From: Aeromicrobium sp.
GTDB taxonomy: Bacteria > Actinomycetota > Actinomycetes > Propionibacteriales > Nocardioidaceae
Assembly (NCBI GenBank): GCA_025965435.1
Contig: JAOPWZ010000020.1
Span: forward strand, 960 to 64,959
Length of the DNA: 64,000 bases
Direction: 5' to 3'
In this document: one piece after another, positions 19,972 to 28,141 of the stretch
Layout: each line of letters opens with the position of its first letter
How positions within the stretch are numbered: position 1 is the first letter of the stretch
Position numbers and translations under genes: made by a program
The notes under the pieces: model-generated
Databases searched by the model: none
The model's input: the letters and a program-made list of their open reading frames with translations, nothing else
Told to the model about the DNA's origin: nothing

Positions 19972-21000
19972 TCAGCCTCCTTGAAGCGCCCGGCGGTCGA
20001 TCTTGCCGCCGGGCAGCAGCGGCAGCGCGTCGACGAGCACGACCTCGCGGGGGGCCCAGGTGCGTGACAGGCCCGAGGCCTCGACCGCGTCGCGCACCTC
20101 GTCGAGCCGCAGCCCGTCGAGGCACACCGCGTCGGCGGGCACGAGGTAGGCCACGACCCGGGTGCCCCACTCGGCGTCCGGCGCTCCCAGCGCCACGGCG
20201 TCGCGGACGCCCTCCAGCCGCCGGAGCACCTGCGTCACGGCGGGGAGCGGGACGTTGACCCCGCCACTGATGACGACGTCGTCGGATCGCCCGGTGACCC
20301 GCAGTCGTCCGGCGGCGTCGATCTCACCCAGGTCCGAGGTGGCGAACCACCCGCCGCGCAGCACGCGGGCCGTCGCCTCGGGGTCGGCGTAGCCGTCGAA
20401 CAGCACCGGCCCGCTGACCAGCACCTGTCCCTTGTCGTCCAGCGCCAGCTCGACGTCGTCGAGCGGGACGCCGTCGTAGACGCAGCCGCCGCTCGTCTCG
20501 CTCATGCCGTAGGTCCGCACGACGGCGACGCCCGACACGGCCTCCAGCAGGTCGGGTGGGACGGCCGCTCCGCCGATCAGCAGGGCGTCGAGCGAGCGCA
20601 GGACGTCGACCTCGCCGGCCTCGACCAGCCGATGCACCTGCGTCGGGACGAGTGAGGCGTACCGCCGTGGTCCCGGGATCGCCTCGATCGCCTCGCCGAG
20701 CGACGTGTGCTCCGCCGCGATCACCGGCCGCAGACCGGCCAGGGCCGACCGCACGAGCACCTGCAGACCGCCCACACCCGTGACGGGCATGGCCAGCAGC
20801 CAGCCCCCCGGTCCGCCCAGCCGGTCAAGGCTCGCGCGGGCCGATGCGACGACGGCCGCGTGGGACAAGATGACGTCCTTCGGCTCGCCGGTGCTGCCCG
20901 AGGTGCGCACGACGATCGGCTCCCCCCCGTCGCGCACCCAGGCCTCGACGAGCGCGAACACCTCGCGCGCATCGCCGGCCACCGGCCGCAGCGAGGTCAT
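19972..21000 (-). CDS. menE: o-succinylbenzoate-CoA ligase
   Basis: TSGSTGEPK, SLVPTQ, TYGMSET, GRSDDVVISGGVNV; men gene context. Confidence 0.88.
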   Translation of the reverse strand: MTSLRPVAGDAREVFALVEAWVRDGGEPIVVRTSGSTGEPKDVILSHAAVVASARASLDRLGGPGGWLLAMPVTGVGGLQVLVRSALAGLRPVIAAEHTSLGEAIEAIPGPRRYASLVPTQVHRLVEAGEVDVLRSLDALLIGGAAVPPDLLEAVSGVAVVRTYGMSETSGGCVYDGVPLDDVELALDDKGQVLVSGPVLFDGYADPEATARVLRGGWFATSDLGEIDAAGRLRVTGRSDDVVISGGVNVPLPAVTQVLRRLEGVRDAVALGAPDAEWGTRVVAYLVPADAVCLDGLRLDEVRDAVEASGLSRTWAPREVVLVDALPLLPGGKIDRRALQGG

Positions 21001-21557
21001 CCGGGCTCTCCCGGCACCGCCGCCAGGGTCAGCGGGCGCTTGAAGTAGACCCACGGGAACCACATCGAGCCGATCCGCTCCCAGCCGTCCGTCTCGAGGT
21101 CGCGGGCCCTGCGGCTGCCGACCACGGCGCGGGTGTGCTCCCACTGGGTCGGCGAGTTCTCGACGTCGTGGAACCGGGGACCGCAGCCGATCGAGTGCCA
21201 GCCGTGCCGGCCCCACTCGTTGAGCTGGTCGATCTCGGTGAACGCCGACAGGCCGACGAGCTGCCGGTGCTCCGTCGTGCCCGGGGTCACGGTGGGCTTG
21301 TGGCCGAAGCGCTGCTGGGCCGCCTGGCGCGACATGCCCAGCGCCGAGCCGATCGACTCCCAGCTCCACCCGGCGGCACGAGCCGACGACACCGCGGCGC
21401 GCAGCAGCCGGTTGGTCTCGTCGTGGGCCCGGTTGGTCAGGAGCACCAGGTCGAGGTGCGCCTGCGGCTCGGTGTCGAGCCGCCGCTCCAGCGACGGGTC
21501 GAGCCGGGCGACGGCGTGCGCGATGAGATCGGCGAACTCGGCGTCATCGACGGACAT
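20997..21557 (-). CDS. HTH-containing hypothetical protein
   Basis: ARAAGWSWESIGSALGMSRQAAQQRF HTH; stop overlaps the menE start. Confidence 0.8.
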   Translation of the reverse strand: MSVDDAEFADLIAHAVARLDPSLERRLDTEPQAHLDLVLLTNRAHDETNRLLRAAVSSARAAGWSWESIGSALGMSRQAAQQRFGHKPTVTPGTTEHRQLVGLSAFTEIDQLNEWGRHGWHSIGCGPRFHDVENSPTQWEHTRAVVGSRRARDLETDGWERIGSMWFPWVYFKRPLTLAAVPGEPG

Positions 21558-21560
21558 GTC

Positions 21561-21577
21561 GTCAACGCTAGCTTGAC
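21561..21577. promoter_or_regulatory. Palindrome GTCAA-N7-TTGAC, probable operator
   Basis: GTCAACGCTAGCTTGAC lies 3 nt upstream of the HTH gene start. Confidence 0.55.
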
Positions 21578-21633
21578 GTCCCAACCAGCGCCAACCGCAG
21601 ATGGCGATGCTCCGGGTGGCAGACTGATCAGTC

Positions 21634-22518
21634 ATGAGCACCTCCCTGTCCCCCGCCCGGCTCTGGGTCGCCGGCGCCCGACCCCGCACCCTGCCGGCAG
21701 CCGTCGCGCCGGTGCTGGCCGGCACCGGAGTCGCGGCCTACGCCGACTCCGTCGTGTGGTGGAAGGCCCTGCTCGCGCTCGGCGTCTCGCTGGCCCTGCA
21801 GATCGGCGTCAACTACGCCAACGACTACTCCGACGGCATCAAGGGCACCGACGACGACCGGGTCGGACCCCTGCGGCTCGTCGGCTCCGGGCTCGTCCCG
21901 GCCCGCTCGGTCAAGCTCGCGGCCTTGGGCTTCCTCGGCCTCGGCGCCGTCCTCGGGTTCGCCCTCGCAGCGACCACGACGTGGTGGCTGCTGCTGGTCG
22001 GGGTGGCGGCCCTGGGCGCGGCGTGGACGTACACAGGTGGGCCGTCGCCGTACGGCTACCGTGCGCTCGGCGAGGTCAGCGTGTTCATCTTCTTCGGCCT
22101 CGTGGCCGTGCTCGGCACGGCGTACGTCCAGACCGAGGAGATCACGCAGGTCGCGGTGGCGGCGTCGATCGGGGTCGGCTCCCTGGCGTGCGCGATCCTC
22201 GTGGCCAACAACCTGCGCGACATCCCGACCGACTCGGTCACCGGCAAGCGGACGCTCGCCGTGGTGCTGGGCGACGCCAACACCCGCCGCCTCTTCACCC
22301 TGCTGGTGCTCGTCGCCGTGGCGACGCTGGTGTGGGCATCGGTCGCGACACCGTGGGCCCTGCTGGGCCTGGCCATGGTGCCCCTCGCGGTGCGCGCCCG
22401 CCAGGTCGTGGCGTCCGGCGCGGGCGGCATGGCGCTGATCCCCGTCCTGCGTGACATCGGCCTGGCCGAGCTCGTCTACGCCGCAGGGCTCGCGATCGGC
22501 CTGGCGATCGGCGCCTGA
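21634..22518 (+). CDS. menA: 1,4-dihydroxy-2-naphthoate polyprenyltransferase
   Basis: GARPRTLPAA, NYANDYSDGIKGTD, NNLRDIPTD..GKRTLAV. Confidence 0.96.
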   Translation: MSTSLSPARLWVAGARPRTLPAAVAPVLAGTGVAAYADSVVWWKALLALGVSLALQIGVNYANDYSDGIKGTDDDRVGPLRLVGSGLVPARSVKLAALGFLGLGAVLGFALAATTTWWLLLVGVAALGAAWTYTGGPSPYGYRALGEVSVFIFFGLVAVLGTAYVQTEEITQVAVAASIGVGSLACAILVANNLRDIPTDSVTGKRTLAVVLGDANTRRLFTLLVLVAVATLVWASVATPWALLGLAMVPLAVRARQVVASGAGGMALIPVLRDIGLAELVYAAGLAIGLAIGA

Positions 22519-22522
22519 CCCC

Positions 22523-23017
22523 GTGCTGCGCATCGCCATCGTCTCCGACACCCACGCTCCGCGGTTCTGGAAGGCCATGCCGCCGGCCGTCGCCGCGCAG
22601 CTCGAGGACGTCGACGTGATCCTGCACGCCGGCGACGTCTGCGTGCCGTCGGTGCTCGACGAGCTCGCCGCGCACGCGCCGGTGCACGTCGTGCGGGGCA
22701 ACAACGACGGTCCCGACGTCGCCGCGTGGGGCGCCCCTGCGACGCTCGAGCTGGACCTCGACGGCGTCCGGATCGCGATGATCCACGACTCCGGCGCCAA
22801 GCAGGGCCGGGCTGCCCGGATGCGGCGGCTCTTCCCGGACGCCGACCTCGTCGTGTTCGGCCACTCGCACATCCCATGGGACACCGAGGACGCCGGTCAG
22901 CGCCTGTTCAACCCCGGCTCACCGACCGACAAGCGCCGCCAGCCCCGCGGCACGATGGGCCGCCTGGTGGTCGACGCAGGCCGGATCGTGTCGCTGGAGA
23001 TCGTCCCCACCACTTGA
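22523..23017 (+). CDS. Metallophosphoesterase (YfcE-like)
   Basis: SDTH, HAGD, VRGNND, FGHSH, NPGS. Confidence 0.92.
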   Translation: MLRIAIVSDTHAPRFWKAMPPAVAAQLEDVDVILHAGDVCVPSVLDELAAHAPVHVVRGNNDGPDVAAWGAPATLELDLDGVRIAMIHDSGAKQGRAARMRRLFPDADLVVFGHSHIPWDTEDAGQRLFNPGSPTDKRRQPRGTMGRLVVDAGRIVSLEIVPTT

Positions 23018-23036
23018 CCCCCGGTCCCCGGGGTTG

Positions 23037-23130
23037 GTCGGTTTCCCATGAGGCCCAGGGCCTGGGGCACGCACCAAGCGTTACAACACTGGGTGCGTGG
23101 CGAGAACGCGAGGCCTCATGGGAAACCGAC
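23037..23130. mobile_element. 94-bp MITE/REPIN-like element (gene-less copy)
   Basis: 19-bp perfect IR GTCGGTTTCCCATGAGGCC (23037-23055) / GGCCTCATGGGAAACCGAC (23112-23130) around a 32-bp hairpin core (23068-23099). Confidence 0.75.
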
Positions 23131-24207
23131 AGCCGGGAGGACGCCGGTCTCGGAGAACGTCGTGAGGGCCGCCGCGTACGGCGCGATGTCGATGCCCTTG
23201 GCTGCCAGCCACGCGTCGTCGTAGTAGGTGTGCTCGTACCGCTCGCCGCCGTCGCACAGCAGCGTCACGACGCTGCCCTGCTCGCCGTCGGCGCTCATCC
23301 GGCCGATCATCTCCAGCGACGCCCACACGTTGGTGCCGGTCGAGCCGCCCACCGGACGTCCGAGGATGCCCGAGACCCAGCGCATCGTGGCGATCGACGC
23401 GGCGTCCGGCACCTGCACCATGTCGTCGATGACACCGCCGACGAACGACGGCTCGACGCGCATGCGACCGATGCCCTCGATGCGTGAAGGGCGGCTGGTC
23501 GTGACATCGGACCGGTCGGCCTCCCAGCCGCCGTGGAACGCTGAGTTCTCCGGATCGGCCACGGCGATACGGGTCGCGAAACGGCGGTACCGGACGAAGC
23601 GGCCGATCGTCGCGGACGTCCCGCCCGTACCGGCACTCACGACGATCCAGGTGGGGCACGGGTGCGGCTCGGCCGACATCTGCTCGAAGATCGACTCGGC
23701 GATGTTGTTGTTGCCCCGCCAGTCGGTTGCGCGCTCCGCGTACGTGAACTGGTCCATGTAGTGGCCGTCGGTCTCGGCCGCCAGGTGGCGGGCGACGTCG
23801 TACACGGTGCCGGGGTCGTCCACCAGGTGGCAACGGCCGCCGTAGAACTCGATGAGGGCGATCTTCTCGCGGCTCGTCGACGACGGCATGACGGCCACGA
23901 ACGGCAGGCCGATCAGCCGGGCGAAGTACGCCTCGCTGACGGCCGTCGACCCGCTCGACGCCTCGATCACGGTCGTGCCGGGGCCGATCCAGCCGTTGCA
24001 GAGCGCGTAGAGGAACAGCGACCGCGCCAGACGGTGCTTGAGGCTTCCGGTCGGATGGACCGACTCGTCCTTCAGGTACAGGTCGATGCCCGGAACCGGG
24101 ATCGGCAGGACGTGCAGGTGCGTGTCGGCACTGCGGTTCGCATCGGCGTCGACCCGGCGGATCGCCTCGGCGATCCAGGCGCGGCTCTCAGTCGATGTCT
24201 TCGGCAC
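23116..24207 (-). CDS. PLP-dependent cysteine synthase family protein, Cds1-like cysteine desulfhydrase
   Basis: [36 protein letters not shown]. Confidence 0.85.
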   Translation of the reverse strand: MPKTSTESRAWIAEAIRRVDADANRSADTHLHVLPIPVPGIDLYLKDESVHPTGSLKHRLARSLFLYALCNGWIGPGTTVIEASSGSTAVSEAYFARLIGLPFVAVMPSSTSREKIALIEFYGGRCHLVDDPGTVYDVARHLAAETDGHYMDQFTYAERATDWRGNNNIAESIFEQMSAEPHPCPTWIVVSAGTGGTSATIGRFVRYRRFATRIAVADPENSAFHGGWEADRSDVTTSRPSRIEGIGRMRVEPSFVGGVIDDMVQVPDAASIATMRWVSGILGRPVGGSTGTNVWASLEMIGRMSADGEQGSVVTLLCDGGERYEHTYYDDAWLAAKGIDIAPYAAALTTFSETGVLPAVGFP

Positions 24208-24454
24208 GCCGGGACTCCTCGATGCGCGCCGACATGCGTGCGGCCCGGTCGTGGACGTTCATCGCGAGCCGGTTGCGCAGCCCTCCGAGCAGGAACACCG
24301 AGATGACCGACGACAGCACCAGCGCGATCAGCAGCACCCAGATGTTCACGATCGTCGTCGAGTCGAGCCAGATCTGCGCAAGGCCCCACACGATGACGAA
24401 GCACACCCCGAACACAGCCAGCCGCGCGAGGGTGTAGGTCCAGAAAGCCTTCAT
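24188..24454 (-). CDS. DUF4229-like small membrane protein
   Basis: YTLARL start, two TM helices; usual neighbour of menA. Confidence 0.8.
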   Translation of the reverse strand: MKAFWTYTLARLAVFGVCFVIVWGLAQIWLDSTTIVNIWVLLIALVLSSVISVFLLGGLRNRLAMNVHDRAARMSARIEESRRAEDID

Positions 24455-24523
24455 GTCGCAACCCTAATCGGTGCGGCCCACTGTCGACTCGCCCGGTTGC
24501 GACTCGCCAGTACGGTGGAGGGC

Positions 24524-24796
24524 ATGGGCAAGGCACTTCTCCTCGTGGTCGGCGTCGTGCTGGTCGTCTACGCGGTCTTCGATCTGATCGCGACACCCAA
24601 GCACCAGGTCCGGGTGCTGCCCAAGGCCGTCTGGATCCTGGTGGTGTTCATCCCCTTCGCCGGCGCCCTGCTGTGGATCTTCGTCGGCCACGGCAAGCAG
24701 GCCCCGCCGCCCCAGCCCCGCAACACCGGCGGCTGGACCCCACCGCCCGGCCCCAAGGGCCCCGACGACGATCCCGACTACCTGCGCAACCTCTGA
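24524..24796 (+). CDS. PLDc_N-domain membrane protein
   Basis: LPKAVWILVVFIPFAGALLW, C-terminal GPDDDPDYL. Confidence 0.85.
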   Translation: MGKALLLVVGVVLVVYAVFDLIATPKHQVRVLPKAVWILVVFIPFAGALLWIFVGHGKQAPPPQPRNTGGWTPPPGPKGPDDDPDYLRNL

Positions 24797-24805
24797 CTCC
24801 CTGGC

Positions 24806-25864
24806 TCAGTCGCCCCAGCGGAACAGCCGGCTCGCGATCGCCGTCACCACGACCGCGAAGCCCAGCAGGACGGCCATCGGGACGAGCGCCGACGACGGCC
24901 CCTCCCCGCGGACCATGGTGTCGAGCATCCCGTCGTTGAGGTGCTTGAGCGGCAGGACCTTGCTGATCGCCGTCACGTAGCCGGGCGCACCGTCGAGCGG
25001 GAAGAACGACCCGGACAGGAAGGCCATCGGCAGCACCACGAAGTTCGAGATGCCGACGGCCGCCTCCTCACTCTTGGCCACGGCCCCGGCCAGCAGGCCG
25101 ATCGCCATGAACGCGAGGGTCCCGCACACGAGCAGCGGGATGATCATGGGCCACGAGCCCGTGAGCCTGAGGCCGAACAGGGCGATGCCGACCCCCAGGA
25201 AGATCGTCGCCTGCACGAGGGCGATCGCGATCGAGACGGCGACCCTGGCCAGCACGACGGAACGGGTCGGGATCGGCGCCAGCCGCAGGCGCCGCAGCAA
25301 CCCGTTCTTGCGCCACACCACGAGGTTCGTGGCAGCGCCGAAGGTCGCGCCGGAGGCGATGGCCCAGCCCATCAGGCCGGGCGTGTAGTACTGGATCGAC
25401 TCGAGCGAGTCGTCCTCGACCTGGTCGGTCGTGAGGCTGAACCGGGGCGGCTGGCCCGTCGCAGCGATGTTGGCCGACTGCACGATGGCCTGGAAGGTGC
25501 CCTGCACCGTCGCCGCCTTGACCTGGTCGGCCCGCGAGTAGCGGACGACGAGCTGGTCGCCGCGCTGGGTGATCATCGCGTCGGCGTCGCCCTTGCGGAC
25601 CTGCTCGAGAGCGTCCTTCTCGTCGGACGACGTGGTGATCTCCAGGCTGTCCTTGAAGTAGGCCGCCGCCTCCTTCGGGATGTCGTCGAGCACCGCGACC
25701 GGGCCCACCTGGATGATCTCCGCCTTCGAGACGCCCTGGTTGGTGAAGATGCCGCCGAACAGGACGAGGAACATCAGCGGGAAGATCACGGCGAAGAAGA
25801 ACGCCATCCTGTCGCGGAAGAACCCCTTGAGCATGGCCCGGGCGAGGGCCCGGAACGCGGTCAC
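24806..25864 (-). CDS. ABC-2 type exporter permease
   Basis: FFRDRMAFFF, LRRLRLAP, FLSGSFFP; multiple TM helices. Confidence 0.92.
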   Translation of the reverse strand: MTAFRALARAMLKGFFRDRMAFFFAVIFPLMFLVLFGGIFTNQGVSKAEIIQVGPVAVLDDIPKEAAAYFKDSLEITTSSDEKDALEQVRKGDADAMITQRGDQLVVRYSRADQVKAATVQGTFQAIVQSANIAATGQPPRFSLTTDQVEDDSLESIQYYTPGLMGWAIASGATFGAATNLVVWRKNGLLRRLRLAPIPTRSVVLARVAVSIAIALVQATIFLGVGIALFGLRLTGSWPMIIPLLVCGTLAFMAIGLLAGAVAKSEEAAVGISNFVVLPMAFLSGSFFPLDGAPGYVTAISKVLPLKHLNDGMLDTMVRGEGPSSALVPMAVLLGFAVVVTAIASRLFRWGD

Positions 25865-25950
25865 TCGGGGCCCCCGCGGAAGCGTGAGCGGACGTCGGCA
25901 AGTGCTGGCGCGAGCACCGTGCAGCGAGTGGTTCCGTGGGGTGAGGTCAT
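25861..25950 (-). other. 29-aa bridging mini-ORF in a hairpin-forming intergenic unit
   Basis: MTSPHGTTRCTVLAPALADVRSRFRGGPE*; ATGA overlap with the ATPase stop and GTGA overlap with the permease start. Confidence 0.65.
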
Positions 25951-26849
25951 GCCCGGTACTCCCGTCCGGTCAGCTCGAGGAAGACGTCCTCCAGCGAGGC
26001 GCCCTTGACGCTCAGGCCTGCGAGGGCATCGCGTCCGGCCAGCGCCGTGAGGATGCGGGACGGGTCACGGGTCGTGATGGTCAGGGACGACTCGGTGTCG
26101 TCGATCGGGTCGTCGCCGGCGATCTCCCGCGCGGCGTCCAGCGACAGCGTCCCCGGCGCGAGGCTGATGCGCACGGGGGCGTCGAGCCCGCGTACGAGCG
26201 CGGCCGGGGTGTCCAGCACGAGGATGCGGCCGGAGTCCATGATCGCGACGCGGTCGCAGAGCGCCTCGGCCTCGTCCATGTGGTGGGTCGTCAGGATGAC
26301 GGTGCGTCCCGACTCGTTGATCTGGCGCAGGACGTCCCACAGGTTGCGCCGGGCCTGCGGGTCGAGCGCGGCGGTGGGCTCGTCGAGGAACACGATCTCG
26401 GGGTCGTGGATCAGCGCACAGGCGATCGACAACCGCTGCTTCTGCCCGCCTGACAGGTCCTCGGTGCGGACACCCGCCTTGTCGACGAGACCGACCTGCT
26501 CGAGCATCTCGTCGGTGCGCCCGGCCGCGACGCCGTAGAGCGCGCCGAAGGTGTCGAGCTGCTCGCGGGCGGTCAGGCGCTCGAAGAACGAGGACGACTG
26601 CAGCTGCACGCCCATGCGGCGCTGGAGCTCCGGCTCACGCTTCCACGGCTCGTGCTCGCCGACCCGCACGGTGCCCGCCATGGGCTGGCGCAGGCCCTCG
26701 ATCATCTCCAGCGTCGTGGTCTTGCCGGCGCCGTTGGGACCCAGCAGGCCGAAGAACTCCCCCGGCGCCACGCTGAACGTGACCCCGTCGACGGCCCGAA
26801 CGTCCCCGTACGTCATGACCAGCCCGTCGGCCCGAATCTCGATCCCCAC
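25947..26849 (-). CDS. ABC transporter ATP-binding protein
   Basis: GPNGAGKTT, LSGGQ, FLDEPT, TTHHM. Confidence 0.95.
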   Translation of the reverse strand: MGIEIRADGLVMTYGDVRAVDGVTFSVAPGEFFGLLGPNGAGKTTTLEMIEGLRQPMAGTVRVGEHEPWKREPELQRRMGVQLQSSSFFERLTAREQLDTFGALYGVAAGRTDEMLEQVGLVDKAGVRTEDLSGGQKQRLSIACALIHDPEIVFLDEPTAALDPQARRNLWDVLRQINESGRTVILTTHHMDEAEALCDRVAIMDSGRILVLDTPAALVRGLDAPVRISLAPGTLSLDAAREIAGDDPIDDTESSLTITTRDPSRILTALAGRDALAGLSVKGASLEDVFLELTGREYRA

Positions 26850-26871
26850 GCCCCGACCCTATGCGCCAGGG

Positions 26872-28125
26872 TGTCGGTTTCCCATGAGGCCTCGTGGTTT
26901 GTGCGCGCACCAAGCGTTGCGGCACGGGGTGGGTGCCGAACTCGCTAGGTCGGAGGGCGCCGTCCACAGCCGCGCGCCGCCGGGCAGTTGCCCACAGGCC
27001 AGCATTGGCAGGACACCGCCGGATGTGGGCCTCCGCAGGATGGGGCCATGTCCTCGTTCGCCGACCTCATCCAGTCGCCCCGGCGATACACGACGCGCGG
27101 CCAGTTCATCGACAGCGGCTACAACGACCGCGACCTGCGAGCGGCCGTCCGGACCGGCCTGCTGACCCGCGTGCGGCACGGCATCTACGTCTTCACCGCC
27201 GAGTACGCCCCGCTCACGCGCGAGCAGAAGCACGTCATCGTCGCCCAGTCCGTCGCCGACCGCCTAGGCCCGGCCGTCGCGATCAGCCACCAGTCGGCGT
27301 GTGCCCTCCACGGGATCGCGATGTACGGCCACGACCTCTCCAAGGTGCACGTCACACGACTGGATGGTTCGGCCGGACGCACCGAGCACGGGATCGTCCA
27401 CCATGTCGGGCAGATCGTGAGAGACGACGAGGTGCAGGAGCTCGACGGGGTGCTGGTCGTGAGGCCAAGCCGTGCCGTCTTCGAGGCCGCCACCGTGGGA
27501 TCCGTCGAGTCGGCCATCGTCACGATGGACTCCGCGCTGCACCTTGGCGCCGTCACCGGCGAGGAGCTCGCCGAGACGGTCGGTCGCAGGGCAGATTGGC
27601 AAGGCGCCCGGCGTGCCCGGTACGCGTTGTCCTTGGCCGACGGCCGGGCCGAGTCGCCCGGCGAGTCGCGGTCACGCTACCTGTTCCGCCGCGCGGGGCT
27701 GCCCGTTCCCGACTTGCAGGTGCCCGTGTACGACGCCTACGGCAGGATCATCGGCTACAGCGACTTCGGTTGGATCGAGCACTGCCACCTCGGCGAGTTC
27801 GACGGCCTGGTCAAGTACGGCGGCATCCCCGACGACCGTCGCACGCCTCAGCGGATCGTCACGGCTGAGAAGATCCGCGAGGACCGGATGCGCTCCCAGC
27901 GACTCGGCATGAGTCGGTGGACCTGGAGCGACATCGATCCGGCCCGCGGGATGAGGACCGCGGAGCGGGTGCGGGCCGAGATGGATGAGTCTCGCCGGCT
28001 CTACACGCGCGGACGCGTCAACATCCCGCTGGTCTGAGCGCCGCCCACCGAGCGTCCTTGTCACGCACCCAGCGTTGAAGCACGCGGTGCGCGACAACAA
28101 CACGAGGCCTCATGGGAAACCGACA
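26872..28125. mobile_element. Putative IR-bounded element carrying one AbiEi-N/DUF559-like gene
   Basis: Perfect 25-bp IR TGTCGGTTTCCCATGAGGCCTCGTG (26872-26896) / CACGAGGCCTCATGGGAAACCGACA (28101-28125); same arms as 23037-23130. Confidence 0.6.
27048..28037 (+). CDS. AbiEi-like wHTH plus DUF559/Vsr-like putative endonuclease domain protein
   Basis: GLLTRVRHGIYV, ISHQSACALHG, AESPGESRSR, PDLQVPV, YSDFGW, GEFDGLVKY, EKIREDRMR; family assignment from motif recognition only. Confidence 0.75.
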   Translation: MSSFADLIQSPRRYTTRGQFIDSGYNDRDLRAAVRTGLLTRVRHGIYVFTAEYAPLTREQKHVIVAQSVADRLGPAVAISHQSACALHGIAMYGHDLSKVHVTRLDGSAGRTEHGIVHHVGQIVRDDEVQELDGVLVVRPSRAVFEAATVGSVESAIVTMDSALHLGAVTGEELAETVGRRADWQGARRARYALSLADGRAESPGESRSRYLFRRAGLPVPDLQVPVYDAYGRIIGYSDFGWIEHCHLGEFDGLVKYGGIPDDRRTPQRIVTAEKIREDRMRSQRLGMSRWTWSDIDPARGMRTAERVRAEMDESRRLYTRGRVNIPLV

Positions 28126-28141
28126 ACCCCAACCGCGCGCC

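Noticed and set aside
27048-28037. Call as a type IV toxin-antitoxin system
   Set aside because: No adjacent AbiEii nucleotidyltransferase toxin; the gene stands alone between repeat arms.
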